Assembly (NCBI RefSeq): GCF_001949145.1
Contig: NW_019091356.1
Coordinates: forward strand, 4,446,934-4,510,933
DNA length: 64,000 nt
Reading direction: 5' to 3'
Origin: Acanthaster planci
Lineage: Eukaryota
The translations under genes and the position numbers were made by a program. A model generated the notes under the pieces. That model did no database searches. It had not been told where the DNA came from and was given only the letters and a program-made list of their open reading frames with translations. This document shows positions 37,891 to 52,386 of the stretch, one piece after another. Every line of letters starts with the position of its first letter. Positions within the stretch are counted from its first letter, which is position 1.

Positions 37891-40800
37891 TTACGTTTGC
37901 AATAAAACGGGCGTGTCAATGACGACGCCATCAGAAGCAGACGCGTTCATTTGGTCCTCGGATGTTCTATTGTTCCCTGTGGGCGTGGTCTCAACATTTA
38001 ACTTCTCCTTTACAGCTGCCGTCACCGTTGGTTCCACTTTAATGCAGTGCGTAACATGTTTAGTGGGGACATCATCACATTTCACAAATGGTGTAGCGGG
38101 TTGTTTGTCCGTTCTTTCATCTGGCGAGGAGCATGCTGCATTTGGAAAAACTCCTGGTTTATCGTTCTCTACAGGTGCTGACGTCTTACTCTCGCCAGAG
38201 GAATCTTTCAACGGTGAGGGCGACAAAGTGGCACTGGACAGGGTATAGCTGATTGGTGGAGCGTCGCGCTTTTGAGATGTCTCTTCAGGCTTGTCAGGCT
38301 TGGACACAATATCGGGCCTCGTGGTGGCCGGGTCAGTGTTTGGCATCGCCATAGTTAGTTTGGGTAATGAATCTGGCTTTGATGACGCCACACTTGAAAC
38401 TGACGATGCACCTTCCCCCTTTGGTAAGGCCATGACTGAATTTGATGAAATCATGTCCAACTTTGGTGAAGCCACTTCTGCTTTAGAAGAGGGAGATTGA
38501 CCTTTAACTGACGTAACAGGAACTTGAGGTGACGTCACGTTGGCCGTTGATGGCGTCTTACCAGGCTCTGTTGGTGACGATACGGGCTTTGGTGAAGGTT
38601 TAGTAGGATTTAAAGAACTCGAATCAGTCTTTAACGAGTTGGCAGTGGCAGGTGGAAAGTAGTTCACTGTTTTGGGTACAACCAACGAGGTGTTGGTTAG
38701 AGTCTTTACTGACGTCAACACAGGATTCGCTGACGATACAATGACAATAGTCTTACTCTGTGTGTTTGTAGAAGACCCCTGAGTGGGGATGCTTATTGCG
38801 GAAGACATTTTTGGTTTCTCAGGTTTACCAGACAGTGACTTTTTCTGAGGGCCGGCATTACCGTCCTGTGAGTGGGTCTGTCTGGACTGTCCGGGCGTTT
38901 CTGATGAAGGTGCTTTGGTCGGCTTGGCTGGACCTTTGACGGATTCTCCAGGAGGTTTTCCTTTACCTTGTGGCTTCTCAAATTGTGCCTCCTTGGTTTG
39001 AAGAGAGGGAGGGCTAGGTGATTTGGTCATGTTCCCTTGGCGTTGAGCTGCAGGGGATGAAGGCTTCTGACTGGCGCTCCTGGATGGAACAGAATCGGAG
39101 GATGAAACACTGGACTGACTTCCTTTTCGTCGTTTGGAGAAAGGTTCAAAGACTCTGAACAACAGAGGCAGAGGTCCATTCTGTAGAGAGAAGGGTGAGA
39201 AATAAGCATTTGATTATCTTAAGAACATTAAGAATCTTTAGATATTCACCTGCTCCTAGACCAATAAATGATTATTTTATTGAACTATGTTTGTTTCTAT
39301 GAAGCCTTACCCGTCTCCAAGTGTAGATGTAGGCGATGTCCATCAAGGTGTAGTCATCACGCAAAGGCTCATCTTCACCATTCTGGTGAACTACTTCGAT
39401 CTGAAATGACAAATCAGAGCAATTCTAGACATAAATGGAAAACAAGACGACTTCTTTAATTGAAAAAAAAATCAGTTGTGACTCACACGACTGATTTGGG
39501 CTGAATTTTTACGTTGTCGTCATGTCTTAGTACGATATACTTCACGCTATGCACCTTGCCTTCCTGATTCGTTTCCCTGATTTGTTTTTATTCATTAATG
39601 TTTTTTTGGGGTACCCTGTGAGCTGGAGAGAGTCCAAATTTATTCCTGATGAATTTCTTGATGTGAGAGACGCAAACGGCAGCGGGACAACGTAGGTATC
39701 TCTTCTCCACCACCTGAAATTGGGAATAGTTAGTGGGCAATTGTTATTACATTGTTGTACAAGTTAAATCAGTACAACCGACAACACTGAAGTACCAGAA
39801 TTAAAGACCAAATATTCAAACCACTGCTCAAGCTAAAACAGGGGTCACTATCACTGAAGGTGTGGTTGGTGTTGGATGGTTGGTTGTGGACAGTCATCTC
39901 TGCCCTACACAGATGATTGCAATTAGGCAATGCCTGCTGTATTACACTCACGTCTCCACCCAGCCCGTTTGCATCTCCGTTGGAACGTTTGCCGTTGGCG
40001 TTGGTGTCTCCTTCATCCCTTATCTTCTGGCCCTCATCCTTCTTTGGCTGCGCAAAGTAGTAGTCCAGGGATAGACTGATATACTCATCCTCGGTATAGA
40101 TAACCAGAGAATCCTCGCACACCTCCCCTCGTTCCTCTCTTGCGTTCGGCGACTGCATGCTGGTACCTGAGGGAAAGGGGGGGGGTTGCCAGAAATACGT
40201 CCAAAAGATGAACTCAATTTAAGCAAGGAATAACCATTTTTGAAGAGATATAGATGATCTTTAGGCTATTCAGCAAGAGAAACGTCTCTGTAAGGAAACA
40301 ACCCATTATGACAAACAATGTCATCTATTTGAAGCCCATCGACACAATTTTCGGCAAAATGGGATTCAAAACTAGTCAAAAGATCTCCCACCCCTCAATA
40401 CACCTTGTCGTAAGCAGACCATATTATTCTTCCGATACAATCCAGGATTTCTAGGCAGAGGCAGACTTCATTATCTTTAATTTAGACAGCAGCAAAAGGC
40501 CCGCCGGGAGAAGGCAACTGCAAAGGATTGTACTGCGAATCTCCAGGACAATTTTAGGGAAAAACACAACAGGAAAAAGGCAGGTGTTTCCTCAAGGCAT
40601 CCAAAATTGACAAAATAAAACGTACTAATGGACAATATAAGGGAAACTGACGGAGCAGACGCCCACAGAAAGATCGGACGACAAATATGTTGTGTCAGTT
40701 TCGCACTTACTTGCTTGAGGGTGCTTGGCGTAAAAATCTCTTCTCCGTTTCATTTCATCTAAAATGAGTAAATCACAGAGTAACTGAAAATGAATACTTT

Positions 40801-43800
40801 CTTTAAGTATGTAATACATTAATTTTCTGAGCTGGCTGACACATTTATCTGATGTTAAAACACCTACACAAACAAAGAAAAAGCCCAAAATGTTTCACGC
40901 TTAATGACTAAAGGGGACGATTTCTTGGTCCTTACCTTTGAAAAGATTTGGGACCAGCTTGTACACCAAGTTCTGTAGTGTCTTGTCGGATCTAACACAA
41001 AAAGACAAAAGAGGAGCAAAAGAGAAAAAAATACCATAACCAAAGAACCACATAACAGTGTTTATGAAATACAGTGCAGTTCCCCTCAGCAATTGGAATG
41101 GATTTCTCCAGTAAACAATTCCACTGCAGGCGTTAAAGGCTAGCTATAGGCTAAAGCGCGCACTAAAGTATACTTACCATAACACATTTTATATACTTAA
41201 AAATATATTAATATAAGGACGAACCTTATATTCAGCAATGGCCTGGTTTTGTGCACTATTGTGTCACATCGCGGACACTGTCGACTCTGACGTAGATAAG
41301 CTACAATGCATGCTCGACAGTCTGTGGAACAAAAGAACAAAAAGGTCAGAGCACACACTCAGAAAAAAGAAAAAAACCAAAAAAGTCGAAGCAAAACAAT
41401 AATCTGCCAGGTACTTACAGGTAGTTACAGGTTCTCCTTTGATTGTAGGCCTTTAAAAGCCTCCTCCCTCGATCTTCATAAATCCTCTTATCAAACTTAG
41501 ATGTGCGCATGCAGATGGGGGCGGGAGCATCACAATCATACAATCTGTCTTTTTTCTTTCAAGAAGATATAGCCATGGGAGGTAGTTAAGCCATTTAAGG
41601 ATGATCTCTATATATCGAGTGATAAGAGGAAAAGATCCATTTCTTTCACTGATTATGTGCTCCACGTAGTGAGACTTTCTTTTATCGTCTGACCTTAAAC
41701 GCATAGCGACAAACAACACGTCCGTATGCCCGTCATATGAACGTGTAGTCGGGAGTCATTCAGAGGTATGAATTTTATTCAAAGGGCGCCCTTAACATCT
41801 TATTAACCAAACCCAAATAAATTTACTCCACACGAGCAGAGACGACAGTGTATATCTAAGCAGGCCAGGGTTGTCAAAGAATTCGTAGGGGACAAGCGAA
41901 TAACAAGGTTTAATAACCGATTTCAAGGACCCTAATTTGTTTTAAGGTTTTAAAATAAAAGTGGGAAAAGGCTGGAAGAATTTGCATCATTATAGAAAAT
42001 TCTCATTTAAAAGGTGGTCTATTGAAAGTTGCCAGTGGAATTCCACAAGGATTTCTTACTTCACAGGCAAACAGCAGTGTGTCGCTCCCTTACAAAATGA
42101 AGGCTGATATGAAAATGAGACGCCGCGTCCAGAAAGCCTTGAATTCATTTTTTAAAAACGAAAGACGTCGGCCTCATAAATATGCTGGATTTGACAGCGT
42201 AAGGTTTTTCTGCTCATAAGAATTGGTTTTGCGGAGTCGGGGAAAATCATTACCACTTTAAACTAGGAGCCCATTTTTCCTGAGAGGAAATCAGATTGAT
42301 CATGAGTTCTGCGAATTTGTGGCTGACGAGATTAACTCCGCAACACCCACACAAGTTTCATAACATAATGAATTCAATACTTGGCAATTTGGAATTACAC
42401 ATGCAATTTCCCACTGAAAATTACAAAGATTAAACCAATACTCTTTGAAGGTTTATCTTGACTCAACTCAAGACTACGTTAAGACCGGAGATTTATTTTC
42501 AACACACCCCTACAGGTGTCTCGTTTTGCTCAGACCGCAAGGACTAAATGACGCCAGAATATAAGCTGCTCGAGCGAGCTTCAGAACTTTCAATGTAGAG
42601 GTGCAAGGGGCGACTGTTGCGAAGATCAGGAAAGCTGTTTGTTGGCTGACGGGGAGCCAAGATTGTCTGAGACGGAAATTGAGTTTGAGCCCTTGGACAG
42701 ACGTGGTTCTTCGAAGGGTTAGTGGAAAAAAAAAACTCCTCAGTTTTCTAAATCTGGAATAACTTACAATTTCGTCTGGCTCGTGTAAACCGTTAGAATT
42801 TGCACTTTTCTGAGTAAAGATCTTTAGCAATTGGTTCCATGTCTAAAGGCGGTGGATTTTATGGCGCTTTTTTACATGGCGGTTTCTTTAACAATGATGA
42901 TGAAAACTAAATAAATATAATAAGAGTATACAAGAAAAACAAGTAATAACTGATACCATACACAGGGTAACATTGCGAAGATATCGCATCATTTGTATTT
43001 TTTTTTTTTTTTTTGGTTTTCAAAAAAATCGACTTGGACTGCGCGAGAGTTAATAGTACAGTCTTGAATGTATGATTCCACCTCCCCCCTCCCCCCCAAA
43101 AAGCCTCGTAGACGTGTTTTGTTTGAAAAACAACCTCCCCCGGATAAAAACCACCCACATCAAATATATATAATCATGCAATTTTATAAAATACAGGTAA
43201 AGTATCTGTTTCGCAGTTTCCACCATCCGAATAGAATAAATGAAATTACTTCCCAGGAATGTTTACACGTATATGAACGTCTATCCAGCAATCATTAGCC
43301 CACATCATGCGTTTTTTCTTCGGATCAGGTTTTTTTTCTAAAGCCTTCCTCGAAATCGTTAATTTCCACAATTAGCAGGAGAGTGGAACACTTACGAAAG
43401 TCACAGCCTCTATTTCATTTTCCAGTAACGACTACTGGTCATATGAGATGAAATTACACAATACCGTAACTGGATTATCAACGTGGGAAAAGATATTGTA
43501 TTATATATTGTATAATTTTGTATACTGTATATTTTATCGAGCACCACAGAGAATATGTGACGGAGAAATCATATTAAATTGTCTTGTGGTCATTCTCAGA
43601 ATTCAACATACAAAATGAAGTTCTATATGTAGTATTTTCACTCTCACTTTGCTTTGACGTCCCACTGATATAAGCGATAAATCCCACTGAAGACAGACGG
43701 TTAGCTATAAAACAAAACCTCTGCTCATAAGCTTTGCCCATTAGAGAATCCAGTCGCCTCCGTCGGTGAAGAGAACGTGTGGTCTTTAATTTTCTGAAAG

Positions 43801-45890
43801 CGAGACCACAGGCCTCTGTCTCAAAACAGAGGAGTAAATCTATTCAGTTGGGTTTGCTTTGACATTTGATTTTTTTCTCTTCCAGGTGGAAGGAATTCAT
43901 GACAGTTTGCAAACAGTTATACAATGTACCTTCTTCTTGTTTGGTTTCTTTCGAAATGAGGGTTAAAATGCTGAATGCTTTCTATGCAGGATCGTTTACA
44001 TGTACTATTTGCCCGAATCAGCCACAAGTTGTTAGTAACTTTACACCACATGTCGATTAAAGTGACAATGCCCGATTTTCTTTCCTGGACTGTATTTCAC
44101 GTCACGAAGTAAATTCTTTCATTTCAGCTGCAAAGCTTGAAACGTGCCTGAACATCGATTGATAGGTGTACTAAAAGCTGGGTCCAGAACCGTCTTTTTT
44201 TCAGGTAAATTCTTATGGCCTGTTGTGGGGTGGGGCTAGATTTGGGGGCTTTTTCACGCTTTACGAAAGAAAGGGAAATGATATAGATTAAAAAATCTCT
44301 TTACTCTCATTAGGTAAACAAAAAATGGCTAAATTTTTTTTGGGGGGGTTGTGGTGGTGGTGGCCCTGTTGCCCCCCCCTGGAACCACCATGGCTGTGGT
44401 TTGTAGCCATAATCCAATCCACACGTAGATGTGGTAATTAAGGTCGAGGTATTGTGTTGATACACGATGCATTACATACAGGGCACTTCTAACAAAAGAA
44501 AACGTATGAAAAAGCACTTCTTCTGTTGGAGTCCACACAGGAAAATTTTCAACATGGGATTCGAACCAGCTCCATTTCTAAACAAGTGCATTTGTAGACA
44601 AGCCCAACGGACACCCTTACACCAGGTACACTGTAGACAGTCGAAAAAGGGTCTTAACGTTAACTGTTACTTTATCTGTCTACTCCTCATAGGGCAAAAC
44701 ACCGGCACGGTTATTGAACAAATGCCAAACATGAAGAGGCGCCGTGCTATAGCCGCGAGAAACGGACAAAAATGCCATTAAATGCGGGAATCACCATACT
44801 TCCTGTCTCGTTTCTGTATACAACGGGAATTACGGTATACATTCGCCGAACAGAGCAGAAACTATAGAACAGGGCATCAGTGGGGTTAGGCAGTGTGGAA
44901 GCGACTGTTTCCGGGATGATGAGCATCGATTTGGATATGACTGGCACTACGTGGAAGGGATGGATTTGTTTATGCGGTTCAGTTTGCTTAGATTTAAAAG
45001 AAACATTGAAAAAGATATTAAAAATATACTTCTGTGAACTGCTCAACAACTTGCATGATCTGAAATGTTCATATGGAAGTTCAAAACACTGCAGGGAACC
45101 TGATCTTTTAATGTTATCTCAACCTGTTTCATTTTACGAAGTGAAACAGTCGGGCAAATAAACTTTAGAACAAAATGACGGCCATATTAACTGAGGCCGT
45201 TTTTATACTAAGTACCAGATCACCAACGTGATCAACATTGGAACACGTACACATGTATACAAAGAATTGGATAGTCAATTTGATTTCGTTCGCCATCATT
45301 GGTTACAGTACGTTTAACAATGACTGGACAATAGGCCTAATGTTCATAACTGTTTTGTGCACCGGAAACTAGCAGATCAGAAATTTAAAATCAAAGTTTC
45401 ATTGAAGGCATTTATGGCTACCCAGTAATGTAAAGAAACTATATACAACTACATGCAATCCATTTGTGTGATGCAATCGTATCAATCGTCAATGCAATGT
45501 AAGGAAATGGATGCTGACGAAATAAGTTCGAGAGAAAAAGTGCTTTGTGTAAAGTGAACGATCAGGAGTGTTGCAAAATCAGGAATCGCCAAAATATAGC
45601 TAAACAAGCGCAAACATATACTGCTACTGTCTTGTTATACTATCCTAAAATGTTCACGTATTTCAATCTTTTCATCCTGTGCGACTTTTATTGTTTTTTT
45701 CCTTTTGCAATGTGCAAGTATCTACATAGGAGAGTGATAAATTGATACAGAGAGTCATGGGTGGTTTTTACTTACAGGAGTGAAGGCATTCTATCATAGT
45801 CGTCGCATCAATCAGGTAACCGCCACATAATATGCAAATTAGATGGGGATTGACGTCAGTAATCTTCAAACGCGTAGGCCGATGCATCAT
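37891..45890 (-). CDS. BMI1: Polycomb group RING finger protein, BMI1/PCGF2-4/Psc family, about 668 aa
   Basis: Exons 45887 (or 45890)-45776 ([37 protein letters not shown]), 41321-41225 ([25 protein letters not shown]), 40991-40936 ([18 protein letters not shown]), 40758-40711 (EMKRRRDFY), 40166-39952, 39713-39615 (RYLRCPAA), 39400-39311 ([15 protein letters not shown]) and 39180-37891 (NGPLPL + long S/P/T/K tail). The RING and RAWUL motifs match BMI1. Confidence 0.93.
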
Positions 45891-45990
45891 TGGAAAGTAT
45901 GGGCAAAGTCTGCAAGATAGAAGAAAAAGCTTGTAAGGGAAAGAACCATGAACAAAATATAATTGACGCATTTAGATTAAAACGGATGAA

Positions 45991-46016
45991 AAACAAACAA
46001 ACAAACAAACAAACAA
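45991..46016. repeat. (AAAC)n microsatellite
   Basis: About six consecutive AAAC units. Confidence 0.85.
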
Positions 46017-48924
46017 AAACATCCTAAATCATGTAGGAATATTTGTCCATAATGAATTATGCATTTGAAAAGATCTGAATCATTTTTCCTGAAGACTACA
46101 TGTGAACGAATCATTTCCTTTAATAAGACACGGGACATTCGGAGAACATTATTATACAGTGACGGAGTTAAAAAATTAATTATTAGACATATTCCCTACT
46201 ATGATTAAATATTCAAGTTTTGCTTGTGTTTGTCTATCGTTTTCTCCTTCTGGACGATCTCTCGTTAGGGCAGTCTAGAGAAAAGTACTTAATGGCTGTA
46301 AAGAGATAATCTTGCAAGAGATTTTTTTAACAGCTGAATGTCTATAGAAAGGCAACATCGCCTCTTGTTAGGGCTTGATGGATATAAAACTATGGAATTT
46401 ACCAATCGTTGATGCTCAGTGGATCCGTGTGAGGTCGGGGCATGTATTAGCAGTAATAAAAACTATCTAATTCTAGCAGATTTGTAATGCTTCTTGATTA
46501 AAAACAGGTACGTTCAGGGGAAAGCCATTTCCAATGACCACTGTCTTGCAAACTTTCTTCTTTTCTTTTTTTTTTGGTCCGTTTTGTTTCTCGTGTCCTG
46601 GCAGCTCCGACACTGCAATTCATAAGGCGACCACAAAAAAAAAAATCTCCCGAGAAAGGGACTGCTCCAAGAAGTGGACGACGGAAATCAGACGGGAAAT
46701 GACTGAGCTTCCTAAAGCAGTTATAAATAATTGAACTGTTGAATAGGTCCGGCGCTGTAATAGGGAATGACTGTCAAGGAATTTGAAGGTGTTTAGCAAA
46801 CATAAACTTGTTTTCTGTCACAACTGTATTTGCATAATTTGATCCAATCGTAAGGGCAAAGGTCGAACTTCACATAATCCTCTGCTGCTTTAATGGTGCC
46901 ACAACACGAGTAACTCGTCAGCAAACCGGTGAGAAACGAAGTATTGTGGATTACTTCAAACACAGTTCGCGTTTTTGAGGGTGAGGATTAAGCTTTCTCG
47001 AACCTCTATGCTCGAACCAAGGGGAACCCACCTCTAGTCAGACTACGACTTCACTTTGGCCTTAGGTCAGCAGGAAAATTAGTTTAATTTTTATTTATTA
47101 AAAGAACTCTGGTCACAAAGTTCCCATCCGCGTAAACTTATTGTAGGCCAAGTTTGAGTTCATAGAGAAAACAAAACAGCACTCAGATAACAGACAACGG
47201 CGTGTTTTCCTTTGCTTTTTGTGTTTTCTTTTATTTCTTTTCTTTCTTTTCAGAAAGTTTCCACGGGAGCTTCGCTTCAGGGAAAAAAAATCTTATCTTC
47301 ATTTCAAAGCAATTTGTAGACACATTCACAACAAAACGGTTACATCGGAAAGGCTTCCGACATTTTCGATCTCATTGACAGATTAATTGGTTTATTGTGT
47401 CCAAAAGTCTCTAACAGTATTGATGTTTGATTACTGCACGTTGTATTTATGCTTTGGTATTACGATATCTCTGTTTATTTTATTGGTTACATAATTAAAT
47501 TTCAGGTCAATTAAATTCTAATATATGTACACAAACAGGCAAAGTACATGAAGCCCGTAGCGGATAAACTATCTGGATTGACAATTCTGTATGTTTCCAA
47601 ACATTTATCATAGCTGATATTACCATATATTCTGTCTTTTCCCCGGAGTGATTTTCATTTGCGAAATGGAGGGGTTGGGCTATTTTTGCCGATGCACACT
47701 GTTAGGTCCCAACGATCTCGAATGTACACTGGACACTATGCCCGAGCGGCGTTTTTTCTTCTTGTTGTACGGTTGTTCTGTTGTATTTTTTTTTTTAGAA
47801 ATTGTTTTACTTTCTTTTACCGATTGTTGCTTTGTTTTAAAACCACAAAATGTCACCCACAAACTATTTTATTCCTGTAGTCAGGTCAATTAAGTGAAAT
47901 TCAGAACACATAGAGTATTTTGATCCTTCATAAAACGCGTATCAATAAGTAAAAAAAACCCTTTAAACTTAAGATTTGGATACATCTGTTTACAGCCGAC
48001 CTATGTAGCTGACAGCGACAAATGTCATAACAACAATGCAAACGGTAACAGAATTGCAAACCGGTAACGCATGGACACACAGTTTGATTAGGAATTATAA
48101 TGAAGAAGTAAGGCATTTATATAGCCCTACAACACTCAGAAACATGCAATGTGAATAATCGTAACTTCCTCTGCACTAGGCTTTGTTCCGGAACGCTAAC
48201 GATGTGCAGATAAAGGCGAAATAGCGCATGCACTTTGGAAGGTCGGAAATTTCCTCACATGCACAGACTGATCCAAAGCCATTTCCGACTGGGAAATGAC
48301 CAGCACAGGTTAAGTTCATAAAAGTCCGAATTGACGCCGAAGTCGTAAACAATTGACTTATTTGTAACGATGGAGCATCTCACTAAGCGACCAAATTAAA
48401 ATAAGGCGGGTGTCGTGAAGAAAAACATGAATTTAGCAGCGATTTTCTGGAGCGACGACAACTCAGTTTGGGTGGTACTCCAGATTTAGGGCTCGTCTGG
48501 GTTAAGCTTGGGATACAACCAGGCTCCAGTTTCAGCTAAACCAACGAAAACATGATGGCAAGATTGGTTACGATCCAACAGAGTTCAAATAAAGGGAAAT
48601 TGTGTTCAGGGCAAGCGGTAGAGGCAATAGGAAGGTAGGAACGCGGCGAGTCAGTCACCCTTTCCGACTGGGTGACACTGGGCGACGCGCGTGGGACTTA
48701 ACCACCATCAGCCTGTCTTCAATCTCGCCGAACTACCGTCTCGACACCCTCCCCCAAAACCGAACAATTCCGACGACTACAACAAAATCAGACGTAGCCA
48801 TCACTTCATTCGTTAGTGGATTGTCTGTTACACAAGGCGTATAAACTGCGTGGGGATAAGCGGCCAGCAAGTGTGTTTTTTCAGCTAATTCTGGTCGGAT
48901 TGTTATGCAGTTTACGTTACGTGC

Positions 48925-49306
48925 GCGGCCATCTTGTATAAATTCACTGGCTCATCAAAAAAGGCCCGGCCCACACACGTCGGAACAAATCCCTCCTTCT
49001 GGAACAATACTCGACACTGACACATCACCATACGAAATTAAACAGTAAACACCACATAGATAACGGATTACCTTACAGCTACTCGTAAAGGCGGCGCGAT
49101 GAGTCGTAAAAAGCCGAAAACGCGGCAGACTTTTTCCGCGGCGGAGACTGAAACTACACGGTGTTACATAGCACTGTACGTGTACAAATCGCTACGAGAA
49201 TACAAGGGCTGGTCGTGCGTGTGGCATGGCCAGTGCACAGACATAGAAATACGTAGGTTGTGCACACACCGCGAGCAAGGCGGTGAATGGTGCATATAAT
49301 CACGTG
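48925..49306 (-). promoter_or_regulatory. Candidate promoter / non-coding first exon of the BMI1-like gene
   Basis: CpG-richer region with CACGTG at 49301-49306, a minus-strand donor AAG|GTAATC at 49071 and a YY1-like AAGATGGCCGC at 48925-48935. The ATG exon begins with an acceptor (TTGCAG| at 45909), so an upstream non-coding exon is expected. Confidence 0.4.
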
Positions 49307-51988
49307 ACCAGTACTGAATTCCATAGTGCCAGAGTCTAGAGCGTGTTGTACGTAAATGCGCTGTTAGCGAGGTGGTGCGTTAAGCGAGAAACGCAACAAG
49401 GCCACATCATACTCGCATCCGCGCTACGTGGTTTGAACAGATGTCGAAAAAAACCTGCATGTATATGTCAAACTTCAATAGATTGTACATACCTTGTTAC
49501 GCATGCTAGACAGGAATTATCACATTATGAGACGATTTTCCGTTGAGATGAACCAATAAATTTAACCCAGACGAATCTGAACGATAGGACTGTTTTTAAG
49601 AAAGCATTTCCGATTATTGGTTAAGTTTTGGGAAGTATTAAAGTGTTAACAATTGTGATTAATGACTACGAAATAACAGCGGCACAAATCAGATTCCAAA
49701 AATCTCTTTTTTACTGACACAAGTTCAGTGGTTTCATCTTACTCGTTATTTGCTCTCTGAAACCTCAACGGAAACTCATACCTGAAAAGGAAATTTATTT
49801 GCACTTACAGAGAGAATTTTGAAAAAGAAAACTAAAAAAAAGATGAAAATTTAAAGGACTGGACTTATTGGCTTAATTCTTTAGAAGGACAAAGTTTAGG
49901 CGTTTGAAACTTTTTCACGAATTTTGTCACCTTCGAAAAACTAGAAAATCCATGATTATGCCTATAACACTTTTGAAGCCCAAGTTCTTCGTGGGTCCAA
50001 CAATCTCCTGGAAAGATCTGCGAGATGGCGAGTGTCTTGACCACAACACACAAGTTTTTATAACGTTTAATTGAATTAAATTAAAATTAAATTGCTTTAT
50101 TACCACATTAAAGACCACCTAATAATAACAACGGGAAAACATATTCAAACGAAACAACGCACGTTTGTCATGACACTGAATGAAGTTTAAAGTCAGCATG
50201 TAAACCAGTCAAGGAGAACAATATATTAATTGTTTCCCGCTGATGTTGCGCCGGAAAGCGTTGGCAAATGAAATGATCAGAGGTTGTCCACAAGGCGACG
50301 CGAGTTTAGGCGGGAGGCCATCCCAGTGGGCAGAGCCAAACAGGTCTTGACTCTGAAGCAGACTGGTTGAGACTCGACGGACAACTGCACATGAGGGACC
50401 GCAGATGCCAAGTTCGTTATATGGTTTTCTTATGTAGTTTCCAAGTGGGCATGACCTACGACATTGAGAGACACAGGGAGTTAGACCCCCTTCCGTTGGC
50501 ACAGTCTGGGCCATAGATATCTTAACACTGGTCGTTTTTATGTCTTGTCAGCTTGGCAAATCCATAAACTTTTCTTCCAGAAGTACAGACAAATTGAAAC
50601 ATTGTGTTTTTATTTTTCTTAAAAGTAACAAATAAGACAAACAGGATATCAGAAAAAAATAAGTCTTTTAATGCAGTTATAAACCCAAAAGCCAGTTACC
50701 ATACTGCTCACTATGCTGAGTATTGGAACAAGAATGTGAAATTATGAATACAAACAACATCTGAAATGGCGAGTTATAAAGATTTCAGATATTCCTTGAT
50801 TAGAAGTACAATCTAAATCACTGATTCCGGTCAGGAACTCTTAAAATAATAAATAAATTGGCTTGATCTAAAGCCAGCCTGGACGCAAGGCTGGATATAG
50901 GGCCTACCAAGTTTGGACTGAGTTCAGTGGACAGACACCTGACACCATGAAAACTGAATGAGTTGCTTCTGAATCCAATCAAGTAGAGCAATCCCATTCA
51001 TCTTTCATTTTCATAAAAAATTCCATATCAGACTAATGTCCATTTTAAACAAGGAGACTTTATTGAAAAATGTTTAAGTGAACAACTCCACATTCATGAC
51101 AATACAAAGCCACGTGCGTTTCAAAATCACATGATTCGATTCATAAATTGATGAAAGAATAATATGTAAGGTAATAAACAGCAGATTTAAAATCAGTCTG
51201 CGATGTTCCGGTACTAACATTCCCGCTGCAGCGACGAAATGGACCAAAAGGAAAAGTGAAAGCTTACATGTAACTCTTACAACTGTTCACAAACTTCCCC
51301 GAAATATCTACAAAATATCTGTAACGTTCCTTCGGTATTCCTCTCTTGTTTTAACTTGGGAATTCCTGGTTGAGCGGAGTACAAGGTAATAACGAGGAGA
51401 TTAATAACGGGGTTTTATACAGGCAGGGGACTCTCCCCAATTTTCACAAATAGTCTTTCAAAGTCATTCTTCCAAAACTGCATGATGTCATACGAGGAAA
51501 AATGTAAAAGTCAAGAGTGATGAAAATGACAACATGAATGTCATGAATGGTTTTTCTTTTAGAAGAAAAAAGGAAATCAAACACAAACAATCCGTCGCTT
51601 ACATGTTCCTGAAATAACCTGTTCTATTGACATCAATCCTTGTTTGATGTCAGTAATCAAAATCCTGACATACCCATATGGCAATGAGCCCGGATGTTTC
51701 AAACCTATGTATTTGGGTAAAAGTTAGTTTTAACATCCTTGGTGGGCGGCAGTTACACGTTTATCCTGTCAGTTCGTACAAGATGAAATTTGGGTCTAGG
51801 GTACCGACGCATTGATTTGGCCATCATTCCGGATAAATTTCAGGAAAAGGCCGTCACAACAAATTGTCCGGGTCGGACACATGCATTCACTTCAAGAGTT
51901 TGTTTCATGGCTATTCAACAGCCGGCTGGTTTCAACCAGATCTACGAGCACGTCTCAAGTTCAACCATTATACTCCGACTCCCTGGGA

Positions 51989-52386
51989 GCGGCCATCTTT
52001 AATTGTGTGACGACATCGCCGAACCGACAATATTTCGCGCCAAAAAAAATTATTCGCCTCTTTCATGCCCAATACTTACCGTGAGACGAAAAAGGAAGGT
52101 GACTGAATAGAGACCCACACTTAACCTGCTGAGGCGCAAGTTGGAGACACAGAGGCCTCCGAAAGTGGAAACACGGAAGGGCTTCCCTCTTTTTTTTACC
52201 CCGAGACGAGACTGCGTAGACGCGCACGCGGGGACCCCGCTTCCAAACACACCGAATACGTACATACTGTACATGTACAGTACATGTACGTGTACATGTA
52301 CATCAGCACAAAGCTGAGCCAGCCTGCCTGCCTGGCCGACTAGCCAGACACACTGTAAATCCAATGACAACTTGATCACGTGATCA
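51989..52386 (-). promoter_or_regulatory. Second candidate promoter / non-coding first exon (minus strand)
   Basis: Palindrome TGATCACGTGATCA at 52373-52386, TACATGTA cluster at 52261-52302, strong donor ACG|GTAAGT at 52079 and YY1-like motif at 51989-51999. Confidence 0.4.
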
